Positions 11,723-25,655 of a stretch of DNA of 64,000 bases are shown in pieces; the stretch's first letter is position 1; every line of letters begins with the position of its first letter. The notes under the pieces were generated by a model that saw only the letters and a list, made by a program, of their open reading frames with translations, made no database searches and was not told the DNA's origin. The DNA comes from Nemertoderma westbladi (Eukaryota; Animalia; Xenacoelomorpha). The position numbers and the translations under genes were made by a program. The DNA is taken from contig JAUCBJ010006114.1 in assembly GCA_032718475.1 (NCBI GenBank), positions 1 to 64,000 of the forward strand, in the 5' to 3' direction.

Positions 11723-12469
11723 AGTTCCGTATAGAACTGCATTTTTATAACTTATGTCATTCTTACTATGGCAACATTGAAGAGTTCTAGAACAATAGAA
11801 AAGTATTATATACTTTTCTAGAACATAAACAAGATAAAAATATAATGTTCTAGAACATATAGCTAGTTTTTTTTTAATTTTAAAATAGCTAGTAAATTTA
11901 AAAAAATATCCAATTTGGAGATAAATTTTCTAATAAATAAATAATATAAATAAATAAATTTTTTGTATTACTAGCTATTTTAAATTTGAAAAATAACTAG
12001 CTATATGTTCTAGAACAATATATTATTTGTATTATTTATGCTCTAGAATAGTTTATAATATATATAATATTACATAAATAAAATAAAAAATAACAATGTG
12101 TTCTAAAACATATAGTAGTTTTTTTTTAATTTTAAAATAGCTAGTAATTTTAACAAATAATACAATTTGGTATCGGTAAAATTTTTTTAATAATAATATA
12201 AATAAATAAATTTTTTATTACTTTTTATTTATATTATATAAACTTTTTATATAAACTTTTTATATATATATTTATTACTTTTTTATTATTTTTTATTACT
12301 AGCTATTTCAAATTTAAAAAATAACTATCTATATGTTCTAGAACATTATATATTTTATTTTATTTGTGTTCTAGAATAGTATATAATACTTTTATATTGT
12401 TCTAGAACTCTTCAATGTTGCCATAGTAACAATGACATAAGTTTTAAAAATGCAGTTCTATACGGAACT
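11723..12469. mobile_element. AT-rich foldback/MITE with long terminal inverted repeats
   Basis: agttccgtatagaactgcattttt...ggcaacattgaagagttctagaac at 11723 is mirrored by gttctagaactcttcaatgttgcc...aaaaatgcagttctatacggaact ending at 12469; internal ctagaaca/tgttctag sub-repeats. Confidence 0.85.
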
Positions 12470-13916
12470 GTTACCAAAAAACCTCATGATAAAAGCCCTT
12501 TTCATATGAAAAAATTGGTCAAATTATGGGCACCCAAAGGGGAGGAATGCCCTATCTATACAGTAGTTTAGGACGCCTTGCTAGCTAGGTACATTGTAGT
12601 AAAAACACAGTTGATTTCGTTTTATTCTAGAAGTTTAAATAATCATGGTTACAATCATACAGTATATAGGAGAGGGAATAGAACATATAGTCAGGTCGCT
12701 TAACCTCGAAAATAAGGTTAATGTGGACGTTGTGGACAAACTTCCCATAATTGGCATAGGTGTAGGTAGGTAATTACCATACCTTTCATTTTTTAAGGGG
12801 AACCAACTTTGCAACATTATTTATCTGTCCCATATTACCATGACAACAGGAGGTCATTTACAAAAGCCAACTTTCCAATAAACCTACAGTCTTCTAACCT
12901 TGACTTACACCCCACATATCGCCCGAGATTCCATTGACGTCATTTGTAAAACCCGGTTACCATGGCAACTGCTTCAAAAACGAGTTTCAAACGCCGATTT
13001 TCAGTAAATATCCGATAAATATAAAACCATTGATTAATAATTGTTCCCCATTTGGAAAAGTCATCTAACATTATAAAAAAAGTTAATAAACAAAGTTTGC
13101 CTCTTTTACCAGTGTAACCGATATCATTTGGAATGTGAACAAAATATTGAAAAAACATATTCAGTTTACTTCAACTTTGATCATATGCACATACCTTAGT
13201 TCCTCGTTACATAGTAGAGGCCTATGACCACTAGCACAGTTAATATAGTTACCATAGCAACGGGTATTATTTATGCACTTCCGCTTTCTTATTTTTCATA
13301 TTTTCATATTTGGAAGGTAATAATTTTCTTGATTAGAAAAATATATATCTGTGGTCTCTCATAGCTATTTTTTTAATGTAAATAATTACTCATGACCATA
13401 GTAACGGGAGAGTTCCCTCTTATACACTAATTGCTGGGTGGAATTTCTCAAAATTTTGTGAAATATGAACACTGAAGTATATGGAAACATATTATGGACA
13501 AAAATTTCTAAAATTAATTTATGTTTACTTACTATACTTGCACAGCAACAAAGGTTTTCCGTAGCAACCATACATTTTTTCACGGTATTCTAAGCAAAAA
13601 CAAGTTTCCTGCATCAGTATAATGCTTTCCATAGCAACGGCGGGTTTTGCATAGCAACGGTAAGTTTTACATAGCAATGATGAATTTACCATAGCAACCT
13701 GGAACATATCTTAGCAACGGAGCTATTTTGACAGCAATAACAAGTTTTTTTCGTAGAGTGTTACATATGAAAGGCAATACATCCTTAGCAACAGCCATCT
13801 ACGAGAAATGGTGCTCTGCAATGTCGAATTTGGTAGAAATATTGGAAATTTATCAAAGCAACGTAGTGTTTATTTATATAGCTAGATAACAATTAGTAAA
13901 ACTATTAAAGTTTTTC

Positions 13917-14370
13917 TCATTGACAGCAAAGTTCTGTACATTTCCAATTTGCAATTTTGCAAGCACATCTTGTGCCACACCCATTCTTACTCTTGCAAGC
14001 ACACTTCACTAATTCCTTGCCTGCTTTGGAAGCAATTGGAAGTATATTCCAGACGGGATTCCAGACAGAAATGCACCACCGCAGCGCCATCAACAACTCT
14101 GACATATGTGTTAGGGACGTATCTCTCAGAATTCTGCACTTACAAATTGACCAAATCGGATTCCTAGAGGCAGTCTTCCACCATCAGATAATGAAGTTGG
14201 AAATATATGGTTCTCGTGTTGTAAACAACCTTTGTAGCTGGTCGAGCTCCCCGCCAAAACTTTTTTTTCTCTTTTCTCTCAGACGCTACTTATTTTGGTA
14301 TGATGATACGTCCATACCTTCTATTACTGCTTTCCTTGTCGGATTTCCCAAATTTCAAATTATTTAGCCT
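13917..14370 (-). mobile_element. Remnant of a DNA-transposon ORF C-terminus with a CXC/Cys-rich motif (Academ-like)
   Basis: WNPVW..LP.ASKA..ELVKCACKSKNGCGTRCACKIANWKCTELC, a terminal Cys cluster typical of invertebrate transposon ORFs; disrupted upstream. Confidence 0.5.
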
Positions 14371-14714
14371 CAAAAAGCAGTTAAAAATGCCTATTTAGTA
14401 ATACTTAATACGGCCTCTGTCGGTTTTACTTTTCGTCTTTGTAATGTCATTGGAGCCGCCTTTGTCCTCAGATTCATTTACTGTTACAGAATCGCATCCA
14501 CAAATAAATCACAACACCCGTTTTGTTATAACGCCATTATTGCCTTCGTTTCTTTCAGGAATAATATATATCATACCGCAACACGCTGTATAGCGTCTTA
14601 CTATAATTATAATAATAATTGATTAATTATTATGTTATTTTAATTATTATTGATTATCATACAGTAAATGAACATTAAATGCCCTCTCATTTATCTGCTT
14701 TTAATCCGTTCAAG

Positions 14715-15290
14715 ATGAAACTTGGCAAATTTGTACCAGATCATGAGCGGTATCATTCAAAGGCGGCTATTCCGTCTGCAGTTCTCTAGTCTGCCGCTAG
14801 AGGGCGAAATATCTCAAAGTGAAATACTTTACCCGTTCCGTTATTTATTACCCGTTCCGTTGTTTATTACACGTCCCGTTATTTTTTACCCGTTCGGAAA
14901 CATGTCAGATGTGTGCTAGAGCACATATCTGTGTCTTTGCGGGGTCGATAATCAGTCTGCAGTTCTCAGGTCAGCCGCTAGAGGGCAAAATGTATGAAAT
15001 TGAAAACCTTCTCCCATTTCCGTGATATTCATTCGTTTAATCTGAAACATCGTATATATATACTATGTTTCGTCTTTATGAAGAAGGTGATCGGTTTACA
15101 GTTCTTCTGTCTGTCGCTAGAGGGCAAAATGTCTGAAAGTGCAAACCTACCATTTATTCCTTGATTTAATTAGCTTAAGCTGAATCTTGGCATATATGTA
15201 CTAGAAAACTAGTTGCGTTTTTGTTGGGACGGTAATCCCTCTGAAGTTTCCCAGTCTACCGCTATTTGTCAGAAATTAAAACCTTCAGCC
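14715..15290 (+). repeat. Diverged ~140-180-bp tandem units containing (c/t)cgctagagggc
   Basis: cagttct...cgctagagggc(g/a)aaat recurs at ~14794, ~14975 and ~15114, with a degenerate copy at ~15259. Confidence 0.7.
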
Positions 15291-16199
15291 ATATCGCTGT
15301 TTGTAATCTTTTCTTCCTGATATTTACCTGGCACATATATTCTAGACCTCAGACTGAGTTTTTGTGAGGTCTTAAATCGACATAATCGACATAATGGCAG
15401 TTACCCGTCTGATTCCAGGAGGTGAAGTGATTAGGGGACATCTGCTTAGATCTTGTTAATAATTATTTCGAGTTGAAACTTAAAATAAGTTTATGTCACG
15501 TGCTGCGCTAATGATCCGACATATACGATTTATATAAAGTCTAACCACATCTCACTTTAGGTTCTCGTTTCATATATCATTGACACGTTTCGCTCGTTCG
15601 TGTCATTATTCCAACACGATCCAGTGTGAAATATATTGTTATTATAATTATTGCTCTTGTAATATATTCATTGTTATAAAATTCATATAATGCCTTATTT
15701 ATCCCGCATTTAGCAAACAATGTCAAGAGAAGCGACAACTCTCTTTAATTTAAACATGAAGAATATTAATGAAACTCTGTTTGATCCCGGAGCGGTCTTC
15801 GACACTTCCATTGTACAAACTTTACCACCTCTAGACTCAAATTCATTGCACAATCCTTGCACTGGACTACCAACTACACAATGCACTGTAAGATTCCATA
15901 TAGTCTGTGACATTAGTTCTTTAGTTAGTGAAATGCAAACTGCAAGCGCAATGATAATAAAGCTTCTGAAACTAGTTCTCTACTTCAGAGAACTAGCTTC
16001 TCTCTAACTATTAATTTAGTAGTTTAGAGTTTAGTAGTTCAGTTTAGATTTCAACCATTCAGTTGTTTTGAGCACTAGACTCCTATTTTAAATATTACTA
16101 ACAATTTTTATTTGCTTTCAGCAAATAACTCACTTTACTACTGTCGGTGTCTGTGACTGTAGTTGCCGGATATCTGCTTCATTTACTTTTTCTAGTGTG

Positions 16200-16520
16200 A
16201 ACCCTAGATCTTCACCAGTTGTGGCCGTCCTCATTGCGTAATACAATAGAATTTTAAATAATAATAGTTCCAATGTGTCGCCTTGAAGTACACCAGCCAT
16301 GGTTGGGAAAAAATCAGTCTCACCATCTGGAAAGAGTATCTGAGCATATGTTTTACAATATTACCATCCAATGGCAGCGACAATTATTTCTGGTATTCCA
16401 TAAGCTTTTAGGATTTCCAGCATTTTAATACTATAGTTGCAGAGTTTAAATGCTTTCTTAAAGTCTCCAAATCTAAACTGTAGGAAGGTTTATTGACTTA
16501 ATTCCTTCAACAAGTCTTCG
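16200..16520 (-). mobile_element. Degenerate RTE-clade LINE RT fragment
   Basis: Minus strand reads LKAYGIPE, then DFFPTMAGVLQGDTL, similar to RTE GVLQGDTLAP. Confidence 0.6.
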
Positions 16521-16523
16521 TAG

Positions 16524-19500
16524 CTAACGTGTGTAGACTGGACATACCAGTTTCCCCCCTGTCTCCACTAACGTGTGTAGACTGGACATACCAGTTTCCT
16601 TCCTGTCTCCACTAACGTGTGTAGACTGGACATACCAGTTTCCTCCCTGTCCCCACTAACGTGTGTAGACTGGACGTGGACATACCACTTTCCTCCCTGT
16701 CCCCACTAACGAGTATAGACTGGACGTGGACATACCAATTTCCTCCCTACCCTGTCTCCACTAACGTGTGTAGACTGGACATACCAGTTTCCTCCCTGTC
16801 CCCACTAACGTGTATAGACTGGACGTGGACATACCAATTTCCTCCCTACCCTGTCTCCACTAACGTGTGTAGACTGGACATACCAGTTTCCTTCCTGTCT
16901 CCACTAACGTGTGTAGACTGGACATACCAGTTTCCTCCCTGTCCCCACTAACGTGTGTAGACTGGACATACCAGTTTTCCCCCTGTCCCCACTAACGTGT
17001 GTAGACTGGACATACCAGTTTTCCCCCTGTCTCCACTAACGTGTGTAGACTGAACATACCAGTTTCCCCCTGTCCCACTAACGTGTGTAGACTGGACATT
17101 CCAGTTTCCCCCCTGTCTCCACTAACGTGTGTAGACTGGACATACCAGTTTTCCCCCTGTCTCCACTAACGTGTGTAGACTGCACATACCAGTTTCCCCC
17201 TGTCCCACTAACGTGTGTAGACTGGACATTCCAGTTTCCCCCCTGTCTCCACTAACGTGTGTAGACTGGACATACCAGTTTCCCCCTGTCCCACTAACGT
17301 GTGTAGACTGGACATACCAGTTTTCCCCCTGTCTCCACTAACGTGTGTAGACTGCACATACCAGTTTCCCCCTGTCCCACTAACGTGTGTAGACTGGACA
17401 TTCCAGTTTCCCCCCTGTCTCCACTAACGTGTGTAGACTGGACATACCAGTTTTCCCCCTGTCTCCACTAACGTGTGTAGACTGCACATACCAGTTTCCC
17501 CCTGTCCCACTAACGTGTGTAGACTGGACATTCCAGTTTCCCCCCTGTCTCCACTAACGTGTGTAGACTGGACATACCAGTTTCCCCCTGTCCCACTAAC
17601 GTGTGTAGACTGGACATACCAGTTTTCCCCCTGTCTCCACTAACGTGTGTAGACTGCACATACCAGTTTCCCCCTGTCCCACTAACGTGTGTAGACTGGA
17701 CATTCCAGTTTCCCCCCTGTCTCCACTAACGTGTGTAGACTGGACATACCAGTTTCCCCCCTGTCTCCACTAACGTGTGTAGACTAGACTGGACATACCA
17801 GTTTCCTCCCTGTCCCCACTAACGTGTGTAGACTGGACATTCCAGTTTCCCCCCTGTCTCCACTAACGTGTGTAGACTGGACATACCAGTTTCCCCCTGT
17901 CCCACTAACGTGTGTAGACTGGACATACCAGTTTTCCCCCTGTCTCCACTAACGTGTGTAGACTGCACATACCAGTTTCCCCCTGTCCCACTAACGTGTG
18001 TAGACTGGACATACCAGTTACCTCCCTGTCTCCACTAACGTGTGTAGACTGGACATACCAGTTTCCTCCCTGTCCCCACTAACGTGTGTAGACTGGACAT
18101 ACCAGTTTTCCCCCTGTCTCCACTAACGTGTGTAGACTGCACATACCAGTTTCCCCCTGTCCCACTAACGTGTGTAGACTGGACATTCCAGTTTCCCCCC
18201 TGTCTCCACTAACGTGTGTAGACTGGACATACCAGTTTCCCCCTGTCCCACTAACGTGTGTAGACTGGACATTCCAGTTTCCCCCCTGTCTCCACTAACG
18301 TGTGTAGACTGGACATACCAGTTTCCCCCTGTCCCACTAACGTGTGTAGACTGGACATTCCAGTTTCCCCCCTGTCTCCACTAACGTGTGTAGACTAGAC
18401 ATACCAGTTTCCCCCTGTCCCACTAACGTGTGTAGACTGGACATTTCAGTTTCCCCCCTGTCTCCACTAACGTGTGTAGACTGGACATACCAGTTTCCCC
18501 CTGTCCCACTAACGTGTGTAGACTGCACATACCAGTTTCCCCCTGTCCCACTAACGTGTGTAGACTGGACATTCCAGTTTCCTCCCTGTCCCCACTAACG
18601 TGTGTAGACTGGACATTCCAGTTTCCCCCCTGTCTCCACTAACGTGTGTAGACTGGACATACCAGTTTCCTCCCTGTCTCCACTAACGTGTGTAGACTGG
18701 ACATTCCAGTTTCCCCCCTGTCTCCACTAACGTGTGTAGACTGGACATACCAGTTTCCTCCCTGTCCCCACTAACGTGTGTAGACTGGACATTCCAGTTT
18801 CCCCCCTGTCTCCACTAACGTGTGTAGACTGGACATACCAGTTTCCTCCCTGTCCCCACTAACGTGTGTAGACTGGACATACCAATTTCCTCCCTACCCT
18901 GTCTCCACTAACGTGTGTAGACTGGACATACCAGTTTCCTCCCTGTCCCCACTAACGTGTGTAGACTGGACATACCAATTTCCTCCCTACCCTGTCTCCA
19001 CTAACGTGTGTAGACTGGACATTCCAGTTTCCTCCCTGTCCCCACTAACTTGTGTAGACTGGACATACCAGTTTCCTCCCTGTCCCCACTAACGTGTGTA
19101 GACTGGACATTCCAGTTTCCCCCCTGTCTCCACTAACGTGTGTAGACTGGACATACCAGTTTCCTCCCTGTCCCCACTAACGTGTGTAGACTGCACATAC
19201 CAGTTTCCCCCTGTCCCACTAACGTGTGTAGACTGGACATTCCAGTTTCCCCCTGTCTCCACTAACGTGTGTAGACTGGACATACCAGTTTCCCCCCTGT
19301 CCCCACTAACATGTGTAGACTAGACGTGGACATACCAGTTTCCTCCCTGTCTCCACTAACGTGTGTAGACTGGACAAACCAGTTTCCTCCCTGTCTCCAC
19401 TAACGTGTGTAGACTGGACAAACCAGTTTCCTCCCTGTCGCCACTAACGTGTGTATACTGGACATACCAGTTTCCTCCCTGTCCCCACTAACGTGTGTAG

Positions 19501-22500
19501 ACTGGACATACCAATTTCCTCCCTACCCTGTCTCCACTAACGTGTGTAGACTGCACATACCAGTTTCCCCCTGTCCCACTAACGTGTGTAGACTGGACAT
19601 ACCAGTTTTCCCCCTGTCTCCACTAACGAGTGTAGACTGCACATACCAGTTTCCCCCTGTCCCACTAACGTGTGTAGACTGGACATTCCAGTTTCCCCCT
19701 GTCTCCACTAACGTGTGTAGACTGGACATACCAGTTTCCCCCTGTCTCCACTAACGTGTGTAGACTAGACTGGACATACCAGTTTCCTCCCTGTCCCCAC
19801 TAACGTGTGTAGACTGGACATTCCAGTTTCCCCCCTGTCTCCACTAACGTGTGTAGACTGGACATACCAGTTTCCCCCTGTCCCACTAACGTGTGTAGAC
19901 TGGACATACCAGTTTTCCCCCTGTCTCCACTAACGTGTGTAGACTGCACATACCAGTTTCCCCCTGTCCCACTAACGTGTGTAGACTGGACATTCCAGTT
20001 TCCCCCCTGTCTCCACTAACGTGGGTAGATTGGACATGGACATACCAGTTACCTCCCTGTCTCCACTAACGTGTGTAGACTAGACTGGACATACCAGTTT
20101 CCTCCCTGTCCCCACTAACGTGTGTAGACTGGACATACCAGTTTTCCCCCTGTCTCCACTAACGTGTGTAGACTGCAAATACCAGTTTCCCCCTGTCCCA
20201 CTAACGTGTGTAGACTGGACATTCCAGTTTCCCCCCTGTCTCCACTAACGTGTGTAGACTGGACATACCAGTTTCCCCCTGTCCCACTAACGTGTGTAGA
20301 CTGGACATTCCAGTTTCCCCCCTGTCTCCACTAACGTGTGTAGACTGGACATACCAGTTTCCCCCTGTCCCACTAACGTGTGTAGACTGGACATTCCAGT
20401 TTCCCCCCTGTCTCCACTAACGTGTGTAGACTGGACATACCAGTTTCCCCCTGTCCCACTAACGTGTGTAGACTGGACATTCCAGTTTCCCCCCTGTCTC
20501 CACTAACGTGTGTAGACTGCACATACCAGTTTCCCCCTGTCCCACTAACGTGTGTAGACTGGACATTCCAGTTTCCTCCCTGTCCCCACTAACGTGTGTA
20601 GACTGGACATTCCAGTTTCCCCCCTGTCTCCACTAACGTGTGTAGACTGGACATACCAGCTTCCTCCCTGTCTCCACTAACGTGTGTAGACTGGACATTC
20701 CAGTTTCCCCCCTGTCTCCACTAACGTGTGTAGACTGGACATACCAGTTTCCTCCCTGTCCCCACTAACGTGTGTAGACTGGACATTCCAGTTTCCCCCC
20801 TGTCTCCACTAACGTGTGTAGACTGGACATACCAGTTTCCTCCCTGTCCCCACTAACGTGTGTAGACTGGACATACCAATTTCCTCCCTACCCTGTCTCC
20901 ACTAACGTGTGTAGACTGGACATACCAGTTTCCTCCCTGTCCCCACTAACGTGTGTAGACTGCACATACCAGTTTCCCCCTGTCCCACTAACGTGTGTAG
21001 ACTGGACATACCAATTTCCTCCCTGTCCCCACTAACGTGTGTAGACTGGACATTCCAGTTTCCCCCCTGTCTCCACTAACGTGTGTAGACTGGACATACC
21101 AGTTTCCTCCCTGTCCCCACTAACGTGTGTAGACTGGACATACCAATTTCCTCCCTACCCTGTCTCCACTAACGTGTGTAGACTGGACATACCAGTTTCC
21201 TCCCTGTCCCCACTAACGTGTGTAGACTGCACATACCAGTTTCCCCCTGTCCCACTAACGTGTGTAGACTGGACATTCCAGTTTCCCCCCTGTCTCCACT
21301 AACGTGTGTAGACTGGACATACCAGTTTCCCCCCTGTCCCCACTAACGTGTGTAGACTAGACGTGGACATACCAGTTTCCTCCCTGTCTCCACTAACGTG
21401 TGTAGACTGGACAAACCAGTTTCCTCCCTGTCTCCACTAACGTGTGTAGACTGGACAAACCAGTTTCCTCCCTGTCGCCACTAACGTGTGTAGACTGGAC
21501 ATACCAGTTTCCTCCCTGTCCCCACTAACGTGTGTAGACTGGACATACCAATTTCCTCCCTACCCTGTCTCCACTAACGTGTGTAGACTGCACATACCAG
21601 TTTCCCCCTGTCCCACTAACGTGTGTAGACTGGACATTCCAGTTTCCCCCCTGTCTCCACTAACGTGTGTAGACTGGACATACCAGTTTCCCCCTGTCCC
21701 ACTAACGTGTGTAGACTGGACATACCAGTTTTCCCCCTGTCTCCACTAACGAGTGTAGACTGCACATACCAGTTTCCCCCTGTCCCACTAACGTGTGTAG
21801 ACTGGACATTCCAGTTTCCCCCTGTCTCCACTAACGTGTGTAGACTGGACATACCAGTTTCCCCCTGTCTCCACTAACGTGTGTAGACTAGACTGGACAT
21901 ACCAGTTTCCTCCCTGTCCCCACTAACGTGTGTAGACTGGACATTCCAGTTTCCCCCCTGTCTCCACTAACGTGTGTAGACTGGACATACCAGTTTCCCC
22001 CTGTCCCACTAACGTGTGTAGACTGGACATACCAGTTTTCCCCCTGTCTCCACTAACGTGTGTAGACTGCACATACCAGTTTCCCCCTGTCCCACTAACG
22101 TGTGTAGACTGGACATTCCAGTTTCCCCCCTGTCTCCACTAACGTGGGTAGATTGGACATGGACATACCAGTTACCTCCCTGTCTCCACTAACGTGTGTA
22201 GACTAGACTGGACATACCAGTTTCCTCCCTGTCCCCACTAACGTGTGTAGACTGGACATACCAGTTTTCCCCCTGTCTCCACTAACGTGTGTAGACTGCA
22301 AATACCAGTTTCCCCCTGTCCCACTAACGTGTGTAGACTGGACATTCCAGTTTCCCCCCTGTCTCCACTAACGTGTGTAGACTGGACATACCAGTTTCCC
22401 CCTGTCCCACTAACGTGTGTAGACTGGACATTCCAGTTTCCCCCCTGTCTCCACTAACGTGTGTAGACTGGACATACCAGTTTCCCCCTGTCCCACTAAC

Positions 22501-25500
22501 GTGTGTAGACTGGACATTCCAGTTTCCCCCCTGTCTCCACTAACGTGTGTAGACTGGACATACCAGTTTCCCCCTGTCCCACTAACGTGTGTAGACTGGA
22601 CATTCCAGTTTCCCCCCTGTCTCCACTAACGTGTGTAGACTGCACATACCAGTTTCCCCCTGTCCCACTAACGTGTGTAGACTGGACATTCCAGTTTCCT
22701 CCCTGTCCCCACTAACGTGTGTAGACTGGACATTCCAGTTTCCCCCCTGTCTCCACTAACGTGTGTAGACTGGACATACCAGCTTCCTCCCTGTCTCCAC
22801 TAACGTGTGTAGACTGGACATTCCAGTTTCCCCCCTGTCTCCACTAACGTGTGTAGACTGGACATACCAGTTTCCTCCCTGTCCCCACTAACGTGTGTAG
22901 ACTGGACATTCCAGTTTCCCCCCTGTCTCCACTAACGTGTGTAGACTGGACATACCAGTTTCCTCCCTGTCCCCACTAACGTGTGTAGACTGGACATACC
23001 AATTTCCTCCCTACCCTGTCTCCACTAACGTGTGTAGACTGGACATACCAGTTTCCTCCCTGTCCCCACTAACGTGTGTAGACTGCACATACCAGTTTCC
23101 CCCTGTCCCACTAACGTGTGTAGACTGGACATTCCAGTTTCCCCCCTGTCTCCACTAACGTGTGTAGACTGGACATACCAGTTTCCTCCCTGTCCCCACT
23201 AACGTGTGTAGACTAGACGTGGACATACCAGTTTTCCCCCTGTCTCCACTAACGTGTGTAGACTGCAAATACCAGTTTCCCCCTGTCCCACTAACGTGTG
23301 TAGACTGGACATTCCAGTTTCCCCCCTGTCTCCACTAACGTGTGTAGACTGGACATACCAGTTTCCCCCTGTCCCACTAACGTGTGTAGACTGGACATTC
23401 CAGTTTCCCCCCTGTCTCCACTAACGTGTGTAGACTGCACATACCAGTTTCCCCCTGTCCCACTAACGTGTGTAGACTGGACATTCCAGTTTCCTCCCTG
23501 TCCCCACTAACGTGTGTAGACTGGACATTCCAGTTTCCCCCCTGTCTCCACTAACGTGTGTAGACTGGACATACCAGCTTCCTCCCTGTCTCCACTAACG
23601 TGTGTAGACTGGACATTCCAGTTTCCCCCCTGTCTCCACTAACGTGTGTAGACTGGACATACCAGTTTCCTCCCTGTCCCCACTAACGTGTGTAGACTGG
23701 ACATTCCAGTTTCCCCCCTGTCTCCACTAACGTGTGTAGACTGGACATACCAGTTTCCTCCCTGTCCCCACTAACGTGTGTAGACTGGACATACCAATTT
23801 CCTCCCTACCCTGTCTCCACTAACGTGTGTAGACTGGACATACCAGTTTCCTCCCTGTCCCCACTAACGTGTGTAGACTGCACATACCAGTTTCCCCCTG
23901 TCCCACTAACGTGTGTAGACTGGACATTCCAGTTTCCCCCCTGTCTCCACTAACGTGTGTAGACTGGACATACCAGTTTCCCCCTGTCCCACTAACGTGT
24001 GTAGACTGGACATACCAGTTTTCCCCCTGTCTCCACTAACGAGTGTAGACTGCACATACCAGTTTCCCCCTGTCCCACTAACGTGTGTAGACTGGACATT
24101 CCAGTTTCCCCCTGTCTCCACTAACGTGTGTAGACTGGACATACCAGTTTCCCCCTGTCTCCACTAACGTGTGTAGACTAGACTGGACATACCAGTTTCC
24201 TCCCTGTCCCCACTAACGTGTGTAGACTGGACATTCCAGTTTCCCCCCTGTCTCCACTAACGTGTGTAGACTGGACATACCAGTTTCCCCCTGTCCCACT
24301 AACGTGTGTAGACTGGACATACCAGTTTTCCCCCTGTCTCCACTAACGTGTGTAGACTGCACATACCAGTTTCCCCCTGTCCCACTAACGTGTGTAGACT
24401 GGACATTCCAGTTTCCCCCCTGTCTCCACTAACGTGGGTAGATTGGACATGGACATACCAGTTACCTCCCTGTCTCCACTAACGTGTGTAGACTAGACTG
24501 GACATACCAGTTTCCTCCCTGTCCCCACTAACGTGTGTAGACTGGACATACCAGTTTTCCCCCTGTCTCCACTAACGTGTGTAGACTGCAAATACCAGTT
24601 TCCCCCTGTCCCACTAACGTGTGTAGACTGGACATTCCAGTTTCCCCCCTGTCTCCACTAACGTGTGTAGACTGGACATACCAGTTTCCCCCTGTCCCAC
24701 TAACGTGTGTAGACTGGACATTCCAGTTTCCCCCCTGTCTCCACTAACGTGTGTAGACTGGACATACCAGTTTCCCCCTGTCCCACTAACGTGTGTAGAC
24801 TGGACATTCCAGTTTCCCCCCTGTCTCCACTAACGTGTGTAGACTGGACATACCAGTTTCCCCCTGTCCCACTAACGTGTGTAGACTGGACATTCCAGTT
24901 TCCCCCCTGTCTCCACTAACGTGTGTAGACTGCACATACCAGTTTCCCCCTGTCCCACTAACGTGTGTAGACTGGACATTCCAGTTTCCTCCCTGTCCCC
25001 ACTAACGTGTGTAGACTGGACATTCCAGTTTCCCCCCTGTCTCCACTAACGTGTGTAGACTGGACATACCAGCTTCCTCCCTGTCTCCACTAACGTGTGT
25101 AGACTGGACATTCCAGTTTCCCCCCTGTCTCCACTAACGTGTGTAGACTGGACATACCAGTTTCCTCCCTGTCCCCACTAACGTGTGTAGACTGGACATT
25201 CCAGTTTCCCCCCTGTCTCCACTAACGTGTGTAGACTGGACATACCAGTTTCCTCCCTGTCCCCACTAACGTGTGTAGACTGGACATACCAATTTCCTCC
25301 CTACCCTGTCTCCACTAACGTGTGTAGACTGGACATACCAGTTTCCTCCCTGTCCCCACTAACGTGTGTAGACTGCACATACCAGTTTCCCCCTGTCCCA
25401 CTAACGTGTGTAGACTGGACATTCCAGTTTCCCCCCTGTCTCCACTAACGTGTGTAGACTGGACATACCAGTTTCCTCCCTGTCCCCACTAACGTGTGTA

Positions 25501-25655
25501 GACTAGACGTGGACATACCAGTTTTCCCCCTGTCTCCACTAACGTGTGTAGACTGCAAATACCAGTTTCCCCCTGTCCCACTAACGTGTGTAGACTGGAC
25601 ATTCCAGTTTCCCCCCTGTCTCCACTAACGTGTGTAGACTGGACATACCAGTTTC
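16524..25655. repeat. ~41-48-bp minisatellite (~9.1 kb), unit ccactaacgtgtgtagactggacataccagtttcccccctgtct, with ~2.1-2.3 kb higher-order repeats
   Basis: Tandem array read directly; the rare variant gtgggtagattggacatggac recurs at 20021, 22144 and 24434. Confidence 0.97.

Noticed and set aside
10535-12580. 13-bp inverted pair caaggcgtcctaa / ttaggacgccttg as ends of an element
   Set aside because: Too short, with no clear TSD; cannot define an element or link it to the NUDT9-like gene
16524-25655. CRISPR-like regular repeats and many Cys/Pro-rich ORFs (MCRLDIPV...)
   Set aside because: No unique spacers, no cas genes and a eukaryotic context; the ORFs are translations of the satellite
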